A stretch of 26,231 nucleotides of DNA from a virus (lineage: Duplodnaviria; Caudoviricetes), in IMG/VR virus record IMGVR_UViG_3300035661_000295, positions 1 through 26,231 of that record, one strand, 5' to 3'. The translations under genes and the position numbers were made by a program. Below the pieces are notes generated by a model. The model saw only the letters and a list, made by a program, of their open reading frames with translations, did not search any database and was not told where the DNA came from. Below are positions 16,502-24,586 of the stretch, one piece after another; position 1 is the first letter of the stretch, and every line of letters begins with the position of its first letter.

Positions 16502-18406
16502 CTACTTCTTGCCAGTCCTCTTGGCGATCCTCTCTTCCAAAGCATCGGATGCGGCTTGTGCCTTGGCGGTCTGCTTTGGCACCTGGTAGGCTTTCTTGGC
16601 CTCCGGGTTCTTTTGGGCAGGGGTGGGTGCCTCAGGTTCTTCCGGAGCCACCTTGGTGCCTTTCTTGCTAACCGGGGAGGTTTTCTGGACACTGGGTGAG
16701 AGGTCGAGGTCCAGGATCGCCTCCTCCTCGGAGCTGATCTTACCCTTGTCTTCCGGGAGAGGATCAGCGATGGCAAAGTCTTTGACGGACTTGAGCTGCT
16801 TGGTTGCGGAAGGAGCGTCAGAGAGGATCTCTTTTCCACCAGGAGCCACGAGCTTGACCCAACCGCGCTCGAAGTCCCAGTGCAGATCCTGGTAGCGACC
16901 GCCAGCCAAGATGTATTCCTCGTAGGTCATGCCATCCTTCAAGATTTCCCAGGAGGTATAACCGACAGCAGTGTCGCGCCTCGGGTTGGCCGAGATGAGC
17001 TTGAAGATAGTGTGGCCGAGGAACATCTTCTTGCCACCACCAATTTTGGAGGTGACAGGCTCAGCCTTGGTGACCTTCCCCGACTTCCGGAGTTCGACCC
17101 AGCCGCGATCCAGATCCCACTTGAGGTCCTGGGTCCTACCTCCCTTGGTGATGTAGTCCTCGAAGAGCATGCCGTCAGTGATCTTGTTCCAGGACTCGAA
17201 CCCTCCGGTGCCGGGACGGCGAGGGTTCTCGCCGAGGAGCCGATGGATCGTGTGGCCTTCGAAGGCGAGGCGACGTCCAGGAGCGCCAGCAACCTTGATC
17301 CCCTTTACCGCCTCGATCTCAGCGGCAGCACCCTTATTGGTCAGCGTGATGTAGAAGTACGGTCCGTCACCAGTACTATCGTCTTCCATCTTGATCATGT
17401 CGTTCTGGGCGAGGCGAGTGCAGACCCGGACTGCCTGTTTTGTGGGGATCCGGAGTGCCTTGGCTACGGCGTCACTGGAGGTCTGAGCATCGTCGCCGTT
17501 CTTGGCGATGTCTTCCTTGATGAACTGGAAGGCGCGAGCCACGATGGCCTCATCATCGTTCTTTTCGTCGCTTTGGGTCACAGGAGCCTCGTGGACTTCC
17601 TCGGTAGGAGGCGGGGTCGCCTTGGACTTCTCCTTGGTGCTCTTGGTCTCGCTGGGTGCCACGGTGGCCTTTGTGACGACCGGGGTCTCCTCCGCCTTGG
17701 GCAGCGGCATTGGGCGAGTCTTGCCAGATTCGATCCGAGCCTTCTGCTCGGCATCCTTCCGATTGTTCTCCTGCATCTTCTTCAACTCACCCTTGGTGAT
17801 GAACGCAGGCTCTTCGAGGTTCTCTCCGCGACCGCATTCCTTCGCTAGCTTGTGGAAGGTGGAGTAGGTCCAGTCGTGCTCTCGGCCGAAGTCCACGATG
17901 GACTGCTCAGCCAGTTCGCGGGTCTTGAACTTCTTCACTGTTTCCTTGGGGTTGCAGGTGTTCCAGATCTTCACCAGGCCGTCGTCGCTGACCTTGGTCA
18001 CAGCCCAGGGGAGCGTCTGCGTCGGGAAGGGCACTAGGTTTGCGTTCGGAACGATAGGAGCAGGCTGGAGAATACTCTCAGGCTCGGGGTTCGGGACTGG
18101 CTTCGTGTGGCAGTCCTTGCAGACCGGGACCTCGTAGTCTGTGTTGCTGGGGTTGCAGGAGAGAATGTAGAGCTCTTTGCCATCCACTCGGTTCTTGCTA
18201 ACCTTCTGTCGGATCTCCTCGATCGGAGCTTTCACCAGGATGGTATCGTGAGCCATGGGCTGTGAACAGCGAGTGCAGAGTACGATGTTGAAGAGCAGGA
18301 AGTTGTTGTTGTCGTCGAGCTTCGTGAAGTTGCTCTTGGTTCCTCTCTTCACGGAAGCGATCTTGGTGAACTCAACGGTCTTGTCTGATTTTGCTTTGAT
18401 GGCCAT
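16502..18406 (-). CDS. Multidomain putative nucleic-acid-binding protein (Zn finger, winged helix, tandem 58-aa repeat)
   Basis: ATG 18406 after aaggagg. Contains CTRC...CKDC, wHTH-like SSDAVAKAL..P...AVRVCTRL..NDMI...ITLT.KG, two NPRR...DL.WD..RGW repeats and Lys/Pro/Glu linkers. Confidence 0.8.
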   Translation of the reverse strand: MAIKAKSDKTVEFTKIASVKRGTKSNFTKLDDNNNFLLFNIVLCTRCSQPMAHDTILVKAPIEEIRQKVSKNRVDGKELYILSCNPSNTDYEVPVCKDCHTKPVPNPEPESILQPAPIVPNANLVPFPTQTLPWAVTKVSDDGLVKIWNTCNPKETVKKFKTRELAEQSIVDFGREHDWTYSTFHKLAKECGRGENLEEPAFITKGELKKMQENNRKDAEQKARIESGKTRPMPLPKAEETPVVTKATVAPSETKSTKEKSKATPPPTEEVHEAPVTQSDEKNDDEAIVARAFQFIKEDIAKNGDDAQTSSDAVAKALRIPTKQAVRVCTRLAQNDMIKMEDDSTGDGPYFYITLTNKGAAAEIEAVKGIKVAGAPGRRLAFEGHTIHRLLGENPRRPGTGGFESWNKITDGMLFEDYITKGGRTQDLKWDLDRGWVELRKSGKVTKAEPVTSKIGGGKKMFLGHTIFKLISANPRRDTAVGYTSWEILKDGMTYEEYILAGGRYQDLHWDFERGWVKLVAPGGKEILSDAPSATKQLKSVKDFAIADPLPEDKGKISSEEEAILDLDLSPSVQKTSPVSKKGTKVAPEEPEAPTPAQKNPEAKKAYQVPKQTAKAQAASDALEERIAKRTGKK

Positions 18407-18438
18407 CTTGGGCCTCCTTGTGGTGGGTGGGAATGGGT

Positions 18439-18555
18439 CTAGCGGTTGATGAAGAGGTCTGTGACTGCTCCGACCGCGTCGGGCAGGCCTTGCAGGATTC
18501 CGAACAGTATGGCGGCGAAGACTGCGCCGAGTAGAACCTTGTCTCGCTTTCTCAC
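18439..18555 (-). CDS. 38-aa single-TM micro-protein (not in ORF track)
   Basis: A GTG overlaps the upstream TGA, after RBS gaggagg. Translation MRKRDKVLLGAVFAAILFGILQGLPDAVGAVTDLFINR; fills the intergenic gap. Confidence 0.7.
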   Translation of the reverse strand: MRKRDKVLLGAVFAAILFGILQGLPDAVGAVTDLFINR

Positions 18556-19076
18556 TTGGGGACCTCCTCATTCATCTTGTCATACCAATCCAGTTCAAAA
18601 CTGAGAGTGCGAAGTTCGTTGCGAAGAGCCTTGGCGTAGTGTGCCGAAGCGACGGTGGTGAAAGAATCACTGGTGCAGTCTGTCTCGATCCACATGAAAT
18701 TATCACCTTCGAGCAGAGACTTGCGAAGCATCTCGACTACACTTCGCAGAGCCTCGATGCCGTTGATGTTTTTCTCGTAGTGCTTGTTAAAGCAGCTTGC
18801 TAGAGCCTTGAAAGCGTCAGCCTTCATGAGATCTTCTCCCCTCCACCGGAGAGCTTCGTAGCCGGATCCTGAGACCATCCTAGCCACGAACCCGTCTTGG
18901 AGACTCTTAGCTTCGTCTGTGTAGTAGTTCACCTTCTTGGCCACACCTTTCAGTATGGAATTCATGCTCTCCTTGCGTTGGCAGGTAGGACAGAGCTTGC
19001 GTTCCTGCCAAACCCCGCAGTGTCCGCAGGACTGGTTGGTCGGTGCCGTAGGATTCTTTGCTCGCTTGATGGCCAT
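18552..19076 (-). CDS. Hypothetical protein with N-terminal CxxC..CxxC
   Basis: CGHC...CPTC; RBS aaagga. Confidence 0.75.
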   Translation of the reverse strand: MAIKRAKNPTAPTNQSCGHCGVWQERKLCPTCQRKESMNSILKGVAKKVNYYTDEAKSLQDGFVARMVSGSGYEALRWRGEDLMKADAFKALASCFNKHYEKNINGIEALRSVVEMLRKSLLEGDNFMWIETDCTSDSFTTVASAHYAKALRNELRTLSFELDWYDKMNEEVPK

Positions 19077-19103
19077 GATGTAATTCCTTTCTGGGTTTGT
19101 TGG

Positions 19104-19358
19104 TTAGAAACAACGGTAGGTGAGAGCTTGAGTCACTTTATTGAGGAGGTAGTCTGGGACTCCACTTGCGAAGCAGAGGTCCTCGATCGTATCAATGATG
19201 CATTCCCGGGCCTTCTCGTAGGGTAGGTCGGCTACGTCACAGTCGTTAGCGCGAGCTTGGGCATCGCCTAGAAGCTTGTTGACCCAGGACTCGGTCTCGT
19301 CAGAGGGTTGGCAGATCGGACAAGGGGCTGCTTTTGGGCATTCGTGGTCGAGTGGCAT
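19104..19358 (-). CDS. Hypothetical protein (Cys-rich N-terminus)
   Basis: ATG 19358 after aggag; HECP....CPIC. Confidence 0.65.
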   Translation of the reverse strand: MPLDHECPKAAPCPICQPSDETESWVNKLLGDAQARANDCDVADLPYEKARECIIDTIEDLCFASGVPDYLLNKVTQALTYRCF

Positions 19359-19366
19359 CTTGGCTC

Positions 19367-19627
19367 CTACATGCAAGAGGGATAGAGGAAGACGAGCTTT
19401 GCGAGTTTCACCTTCTGGTTGTGGGTCAAGGCTCGGAACTCCTTGAGCTCATCCTCGGGAGCATCTCCGTACTCTTCGATGCGATCGCAATCCAGGACAG
19501 CTTCGATTGTTTCTATCCTTGACATCTTGCCACAATTGGCATTTAGGCAGTCCATTCCGATCGCGTTCCAGGTCTGTTCGAGAGCGCGACGCATCCCAGG
19601 GGTGAGTGTGTAGATCTTGGTAGCCAT
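19367..19627 (-). CDS. Hypothetical protein
   Basis: 86 aa, RBS aaggag, packed in the operon. Confidence 0.7.
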   Translation of the reverse strand: MATKIYTLTPGMRRALEQTWNAIGMDCLNANCGKMSRIETIEAVLDCDRIEEYGDAPEDELKEFRALTHNQKVKLAKLVFLYPSCM

Positions 19628-19628
19628 T

Positions 19629-19826
19629 CTAGGCTCCTTTCTGAGTTGTGGTGGTGGAGAGCATTGCCAATGCTGTTTCTGTTGCGTCCTGCTTGTCCGT
19701 TGTGTAGTATTCCCCAGGTTTGTAGCCGTCGAGCCGGACTGTGTACTCGCTCCAGTCTCGGTCCCAGTAGATCTTGACGGTGTGTCCAGCTTCAGACTTC
19801 TCGTAGATCTTGCGCTTGGTGCCCAT
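19629..19826 (-). CDS. Small hypothetical phage protein
   Basis: 65 aa, K.Y.D..W.EY.V...Y.T.DK.DA..TA pattern; TAATG coupling. Confidence 0.72.
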   Translation of the reverse strand: MGTKRKIYEKSEAGHTVKIYWDRDWSEYTVRLDGYKPGEYYTTDKQDATETALAMLSTTTTQKGA

Positions 19827-20146
19827 TAGCGTGCCATCCTCATGAAAGCGGACTCGACTTCGTAGGGGATCCGGGACTTGTGCTCGATGTAGTTGTCGTA
19901 GAGGTGAAGGACGTACTGGCTGTTGACTTGTCCGTGGTAGATCTGGTCTGTTCTCTCTCCTAGGTAGGTGCAGACCCCAACTTCACCAGGACGAGGTAGG
20001 CACTTGGTGATCCCTCGTGACATGTCCCACATGATGATTCCGGATTCAGACTTGGTCTCGAACTCGGCGAACTTGATCTGCTGGCCATTCGCAGCGTAGT
20101 GTCGGCCAGTATTGAACTCCCGGACTTCCCCGAAGGTGACGGCCAT
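19826..20146 (-). CDS. Hypothetical protein
   Basis: Start at MAVTFGEV (TAATG overlap); FNTGR.Y...GQ.I motif. Confidence 0.72.
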   Translation of the reverse strand: MAVTFGEVREFNTGRHYAANGQQIKFAEFETKSESGIIMWDMSRGITKCLPRPGEVGVCTYLGERTDQIYHGQVNSQYVLHLYDNYIEHKSRIPYEVESAFMRMAR

Positions 20147-20259
20147 TAGCGCACCGCCTTTCGCGCTACTGCGTAGCTCGTGGCTTGGACGGTGACAAAC
20201 TCCTGGGCAGCCACCGAGAACACGAGGTAGGTGTAGAGGACGACGGTCTTGATCTTCAT
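20146..20259 (-). CDS. 37-aa micro-protein, first gene of the small-gene operon
   Basis: ATG 20259 after aaggag; MKIKTVVLYTYLVFSVAAQEFVTVQATSYAVARKAVR; its stop overlaps the next start. Confidence 0.6.
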   Translation of the reverse strand: MKIKTVVLYTYLVFSVAAQEFVTVQATSYAVARKAVR

Positions 20260-20297
20260 TGTGAACTCCTTGTGCCTTTGTCGGCACGGTGTGGGTT

Positions 20298-20366
20298 TGT
20301 GGCCTGAATCGTCAGTGCTGGTCGGCCAGGATCCAGCATACAGGACCCGAAGGTCCTGTTTCATCT
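20298..20366 (-). ncRNA. Hammerhead ribozyme, type II permutation
   Basis: Minus strand: gau-GAAAC-aggacc-UUCG-gguccu-GUA/ugcugg-auccuggccga-ccagca-CUGACGA-uuc-aggcca. Both core strands, stem III and stem I are intact. Confidence 0.82.
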
Positions 20367-20615
20367 TGTCAACCCCATATGTAGATGGTCGTGGTTGTTT
20401 GATTGTATTATCGCTATTGGGATTTTCCCTATGACCTGATTGCAATTCCATGACACCCGGGAGCCCTGTGCTATTGTCTAAGATCATTGGCGGAAGGTCG
20501 TGCTGGTTGGTTGCCCATTCCCGTGCTGCAGGCTTTCCCCACTTCCCCTTGGGGAACCCCAGTGTGATCTCATTTTGATTGGAAAACCTCATAAAAAACC
20601 GTAAGTATGTTACGA

Positions 20616-20660
20616 GTTATAATGCAATCAAGCCAGGCGCTCAAATAAAAAATAAGGCTC
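20616..20660 (-). promoter_or_regulatory. Candidate sigma70-type promoter for the small-gene operon
   Basis: TTGAGC (20644-20639), 17 nt spacer, TATAAC (20621-20616), with an upstream T-rich UP-like tract. Imperfect consensus. Confidence 0.3.
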
Positions 20661-20665
20661 GACAA

Positions 20666-20700
20666 ATGAGGAAGGGCCTGCGTCTGCAGACCCCTCTCAT
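20666..20700 (-). terminator. Long hairpin downstream of the 89-aa gene (likely terminator or processing stem)
   Basis: augagaggggucugc-agac-gcaggcccuuccucau, 15 bp with one bulge. The G-U pairs favour the minus strand; the U-tract is weak. Confidence 0.5.
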
Positions 20701-20717
20701 GTGTATGCACGGTCCTC

Positions 20718-20987
20718 CTAGTCGGCAAGAGGCTCCAAGATCGCCTTGATCCACGACTTACGGCAACCCTCGCCAGTCCTGTGAATCTTCCAACCATCCT
20801 TAGCATCCTTCTGAGCTTCGATGACGACGCAACCCAGAGGGCGAGTTGTGTCGAGCAAGATGTGGTTGATATCCTTGCGTACGCTTTCGAAGCGGAGCTG
20901 GGTCAGAACGTTGTCAGGACTGACGTACTTGGACGTCTTCTCGCCTGTGATCTTGCGCACTGTCAGTGAAAGTTTGTCTTCGGACAT
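20718..20987 (-). CDS. Hypothetical protein
   Basis: 89 aa, ATG after ggag. Confidence 0.7.
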   Translation of the reverse strand: MSEDKLSLTVRKITGEKTSKYVSPDNVLTQLRFESVRKDINHILLDTTRPLGCVVIEAQKDAKDGWKIHRTGEGCRKSWIKAILEPLAD

Positions 20988-21185
20988 GGTTCTTCTCCAT
21001 TGATGGTGAGGCGGGAAATGCGGATGGTCTTGAAACCTGAAATCGAATCCTTGGCACCTGGCAGGGCGTTCTAGAGGCCCATCTGGGGAAACCTAGGCGA
21101 GGGTGGCGGGTGGTTGCTCGGGGAGGCCTTCTAGGGCCAAAAGCGGCTCAAGGATCGTCACCCTCGCCATTACTACATTCCAACG

Positions 21186-24017
21186 CTAGCCCTCGTCAGC
21201 CCTGGATCTGGAGGCTGAAAACTGGGGCAAATCTAGGCTCTTAAATTTGTCGATGTAGAAACGACGGAAGCCTGCTTGGATGCGTCCCTTGAAGACGTAC
21301 CAATCGCCTGGGTTTGCGGTGTCGTAGAGCTTCTGACCCATAGTCTCGAAGTGCTTCCGCTCGACGACGGCTATGATCGTTCCAGTGTCATCCTCGACTT
21401 CTAGCTGGAGGTACTGGGTCTTGCCTGACATCTTGCGACCGTTCCGCCTCGCCAGTGCTTTGGGTTCGTTGTGGTCGCGAAGCGTCTTGTCCTTGATCTT
21501 GCAGAGCAGGACTGCATCTAGGTTGCTCTCACCCGTAAGCTCGGCGACAGGATAGATGCGGGTGAAGATATTGTATGCGTTTGGGTCCTTCAAGATGTGT
21601 CCCCACTTCTCCGCTCCCTCGAAGATTGTATCGAAAGGGGTACGTCCTGTCTCGAGAAGCTTGGCTTGACCTGCGGTGAGGGGGAGCCCCAACGCACGCC
21701 GTTGTATGATGTCCTTGGCTTTGGCAGCACCGATTCCGACGACCCCGAGCAGTCCACCCACGAGAGCGCCATTCTGGACGGACCAGTTCTCCTGGGAGGT
21801 CTCTGCGTCGTAGACCTTGATCGTATGTCCGGCAATCTTATACTCACGCAGCATCTGAATCGCTGACTCGTTATCCTTCGCATTACCAAGAACTGCGGCT
21901 GCGAATTCCAGCGGGTGTCTGGATTTGAGCCAAAGACACCAGTAGCTGACCAGAGCATAAGCCACTGCGTGGCTGCGATTGAACGAGTGGATCCCGTTCT
22001 TAGCGAGGTAGTCCCAGATGCGGATGGTCTCCTCCTCTGTGGCTCCGTGGCGCTTGCACCCAGCCTCCCAAATGGGCCAGTACTTCTTGCGTACGTCTGC
22101 GTCGTTCCGCTTGAACATCTCCTTACGAATCTTGGAAGTGTCCTCCCACGACATGTCGCCAAGCTCTCGGAACACCTGCATCACTTGTTCCTGGTAGACG
22201 ATGACGCCATATGTGGACTTGGTCGGAGCCTCCATTGTTGGGTGGAGATACTTGGTCTCTGCTCTCCCGGTCCTGCGCTTGATGAACTCCTGCGCTGCGC
22301 CTGACTGCATTGGGCCTGGTCTGGCGATAGACGTAAGAGAGATGAGGTCCTCGAAGGCCTCTATCCGCATAAGCCGACACATGTTCTGGACGGCATAGCC
22401 TTCGAACTGGAAGATCCCAGAGTATTGCTCACGATTCAGCAAATTGAAGGCTTCTGTGTCCTCGTAAGGTAGAGCTAGGAGATCATCGCGGGTGAGACCC
22501 ACAGAATCCAAGCAATCCTGAATCACAGACAGCGTACGGAGTCCTAGGCAGTCGATCTTCAGGAGGTTGAGGCTCTCACAGTCGATCTTGTCGACCATAG
22601 CAACCCCGTTCCGTGCATCGACAGTACAGTAATTGATCACTGGGTCGGCTGTAACGACGACTCCAGCTGCGTGCTGGGAAGTGTGACTGGCGTGGTTCTC
22701 GAGGTCAGCGGCCACGATCATCCCAGGGTACTTCTCGAGAAGTCTTTTGGCAACATCCATCTCTGCAAAGGCCTTGGCTAGACCTTCATCGGTAATAGCG
22801 CTCTTAAGATCTGTCGTCTCATAGGGTGCGACACCAAGAGATTGAGACGTTAGCTCGAGCGCCGACCGTGTCTTGAGACGCGAAACCGTACCAAGTCTCG
22901 CGACGCACGAGTCGCCGTACTTTTGATGGAGATAGGCGAAGACCTCTTCTCGTTTCGTGTCCTGGAAATCGATATCAATGTCCGGAAGATCCATACGGTT
23001 GATATCGATGAAGCGTTCAAATAGAAGGTCAAAGGGGATAGGGTCGATTTCAGTGATTCCCAGGAGGTAACAAACCAAACTTCCGCATGAGCTGCCGCGA
23101 GCGGGTCCCACCAACATCCTTGTCTTGGCGAATCGAATGAGATCCTCAACGATGTAGAAGTAGTCTTCGAATCCCTTTGCGTAGATCAACTCCAGTTCTC
23201 GCTTAAGGCGGTCTCGGTATACTCTGGTCCTGAGGTTGATACCCCTCTTGGGAGCTCGTTCTTTACACATCTGCTCCAGCGTCTTCTCAAACACTACGTG
23301 GGGGAGTGACGCTGTTGGGAGTTCGATTTTCAGCCCTGCGGCAATTAGCCGCGAGACGACCAAGGCGCGATCCTGGAGGCTTCGGTCGGCAACCCCAGCC
23401 ACGGAGTCGCGCCACTCGTTCTCGGTCTGAATGTGCATCGCCGTGGGCCTGTCCTCGCGCCACCGTCCGGCTAGGACTTCGTACTGGCGTCGGTTCTCGG
23501 GCCGAGGGAAATGGTTCTCAGACACAGGGATCATCTCGAAATTGCGCTTCTTCGCGATCTCTATGGCCTTCGGAGACGTACGTGGACCTAGCTCTACGTA
23601 GATGTTGCTCTGGGTGGGTAGGTAACCCCACTCCGGCGCGAACCCAGACAATATGAGGATCTCGTCCGAGATGTCGTGCAGCTCATCGTACTCAAGCATA
23701 GGCTCTCGCTGAGCCTGGGAGGTGGCTTTTGAGACTAGGTTGTAGAGCTTCTTCAGACCGTCGTTGGTTCTGGCAAAGAGCGTGAGATGCGCAAGCCTGG
23801 GGTCCTTAGCTTTGTGGTCCTGGCAGAAGGCAAGCTCAGTCCCGAATACAGGGTTGACACCTCGGGTCTTGCAAGCCTTCTGCCATGGCACATGACCCCA
23901 GGTGCCGCCACGGTCTGCGAGGCCAGCGCAAGGTCCATCAACGCAGGCCAATACCTCGTCTAGCTTGCCGTAGGCCAGCTTGAAGGAGTATTCAGAACGC
24001 AGCTTATAGTGGATCAT
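21186..24017 (-). CDS. dnaE: Family C DNA polymerase (DNA Pol III alpha-like)
   Basis: PHP-like N-terminus (RSEYSF), GPARGSSCGSLV.YLLGIT.IDP, LLFERFI, PDIDIDF, HAAGV, LLKIDCLGL, TYGVIVYQEQVM, FNRSHAVAY, HhH and C-terminal OB fold. Confidence 0.97.
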   Translation of the reverse strand: MIHYKLRSEYSFKLAYGKLDEVLACVDGPCAGLADRGGTWGHVPWQKACKTRGVNPVFGTELAFCQDHKAKDPRLAHLTLFARTNDGLKKLYNLVSKATSQAQREPMLEYDELHDISDEILILSGFAPEWGYLPTQSNIYVELGPRTSPKAIEIAKKRNFEMIPVSENHFPRPENRRQYEVLAGRWREDRPTAMHIQTENEWRDSVAGVADRSLQDRALVVSRLIAAGLKIELPTASLPHVVFEKTLEQMCKERAPKRGINLRTRVYRDRLKRELELIYAKGFEDYFYIVEDLIRFAKTRMLVGPARGSSCGSLVCYLLGITEIDPIPFDLLFERFIDINRMDLPDIDIDFQDTKREEVFAYLHQKYGDSCVARLGTVSRLKTRSALELTSQSLGVAPYETTDLKSAITDEGLAKAFAEMDVAKRLLEKYPGMIVAADLENHASHTSQHAAGVVVTADPVINYCTVDARNGVAMVDKIDCESLNLLKIDCLGLRTLSVIQDCLDSVGLTRDDLLALPYEDTEAFNLLNREQYSGIFQFEGYAVQNMCRLMRIEAFEDLISLTSIARPGPMQSGAAQEFIKRRTGRAETKYLHPTMEAPTKSTYGVIVYQEQVMQVFRELGDMSWEDTSKIRKEMFKRNDADVRKKYWPIWEAGCKRHGATEEETIRIWDYLAKNGIHSFNRSHAVAYALVSYWCLWLKSRHPLEFAAAVLGNAKDNESAIQMLREYKIAGHTIKVYDAETSQENWSVQNGALVGGLLGVVGIGAAKAKDIIQRRALGLPLTAGQAKLLETGRTPFDTIFEGAEKWGHILKDPNAYNIFTRIYPVAELTGESNLDAVLLCKIKDKTLRDHNEPKALARRNGRKMSGKTQYLQLEVEDDTGTIIAVVERKHFETMGQKLYDTANPGDWYVFKGRIQAGFRRFYIDKFKSLDLPQFSASRSRADEG

Positions 24018-24586
24018 CGCGCCTTCGCCTTTGCAGGAGCCTGCTGGATCTTCATTAGGTTCTCCTTGATGAGCCAGCGAGCGCAGGTAACGAGAGCCTC
24101 GACGTCAGCCATAGCTCGGTGAGCGTCGACATGCGGAGCACCAGTCACCATCTCGTGGAGGATGCTGAGTTTGAGACGACGACCCCTGATCGAGTAGCTG
24201 GAATCGATAGTGCAGAGCTGGTTCTGCGGCCAAGGGAACATCGTGGACTTCCCGATCCGAAGCAGATCGTTCTTGAGCATTCCCACGTCGAAGGTGATGT
24301 TGTGGGCCACCAAGTTCCGTTCGCCGAGGAAGAACTCACATAGGTCCGCGTAGTGGGCGTCGAAACCAGGAAGATCCGCGAGGTCGGCATCAGTGATTCC
24401 TGTGATCTTGGTGATGATCTCAGGCAAAGGAGCCCCAGGATTGCATAGGAACTCCAGCCGACCGACTTCCTTGAGGGTCTTGTCGTTGAGCTTGATTGCT
24501 GCAAACTCGATGATCTTGGGTTGACCATTTAGAGGCACAGCATCAGGCTGCAGCAGGCCTGTCGTTTCGGTGTCGAAGAGAATCAT
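24014..24586 (-). CDS. dnaQ: DEDDh 3'-5' exonuclease (Pol III epsilon-like)
   Basis: FDTETTGL (Exo I), AHN..FD (Exo II) and HRA..D (Exo III). Start ATG 24586 after ggagg. Confidence 0.93.
   Translation of the reverse strand: MILFDTETTGLLQPDAVPLNGQPKIIEFAAIKLNDKTLKEVGRLEFLCNPGAPLPEIITKITGITDADLADLPGFDAHYADLCEFFLGERNLVAHNITFDVGMLKNDLLRIGKSTMFPWPQNQLCTIDSSYSIRGRRLKLSILHEMVTGAPHVDAHRAMADVEALVTCARWLIKENLMKIQQAPAKAKAR

Noticed and set aside
16880-17848. 322-aa plus-strand ORF and other long antisense ORFs
   Set aside because: These are shadow ORFs opposite well-supported genes, as expected from codon bias, with no RBS or motifs.
18407-18571. Arg-rich N-terminal extension of the 689-aa ORF
   Set aside because: There is a strong RBS before ATG 18406, and the interval is occupied by a 38-aa ORF in another frame.
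20335-20372. Minus-strand TTGACA ... TATGCT looking like a sigma70 promoter
   Set aside because: The spacer is 26 nt rather than 16-18, and the sequence is better explained by the hammerhead core and stem III.
20146-20592. 148-aa ORF (and the 153-aa extension of 19826..20287) across the leader
   Set aside because: It runs through the ribozyme and non-coding region. Good RBS/coupled starts lie at 20259 and 20146.
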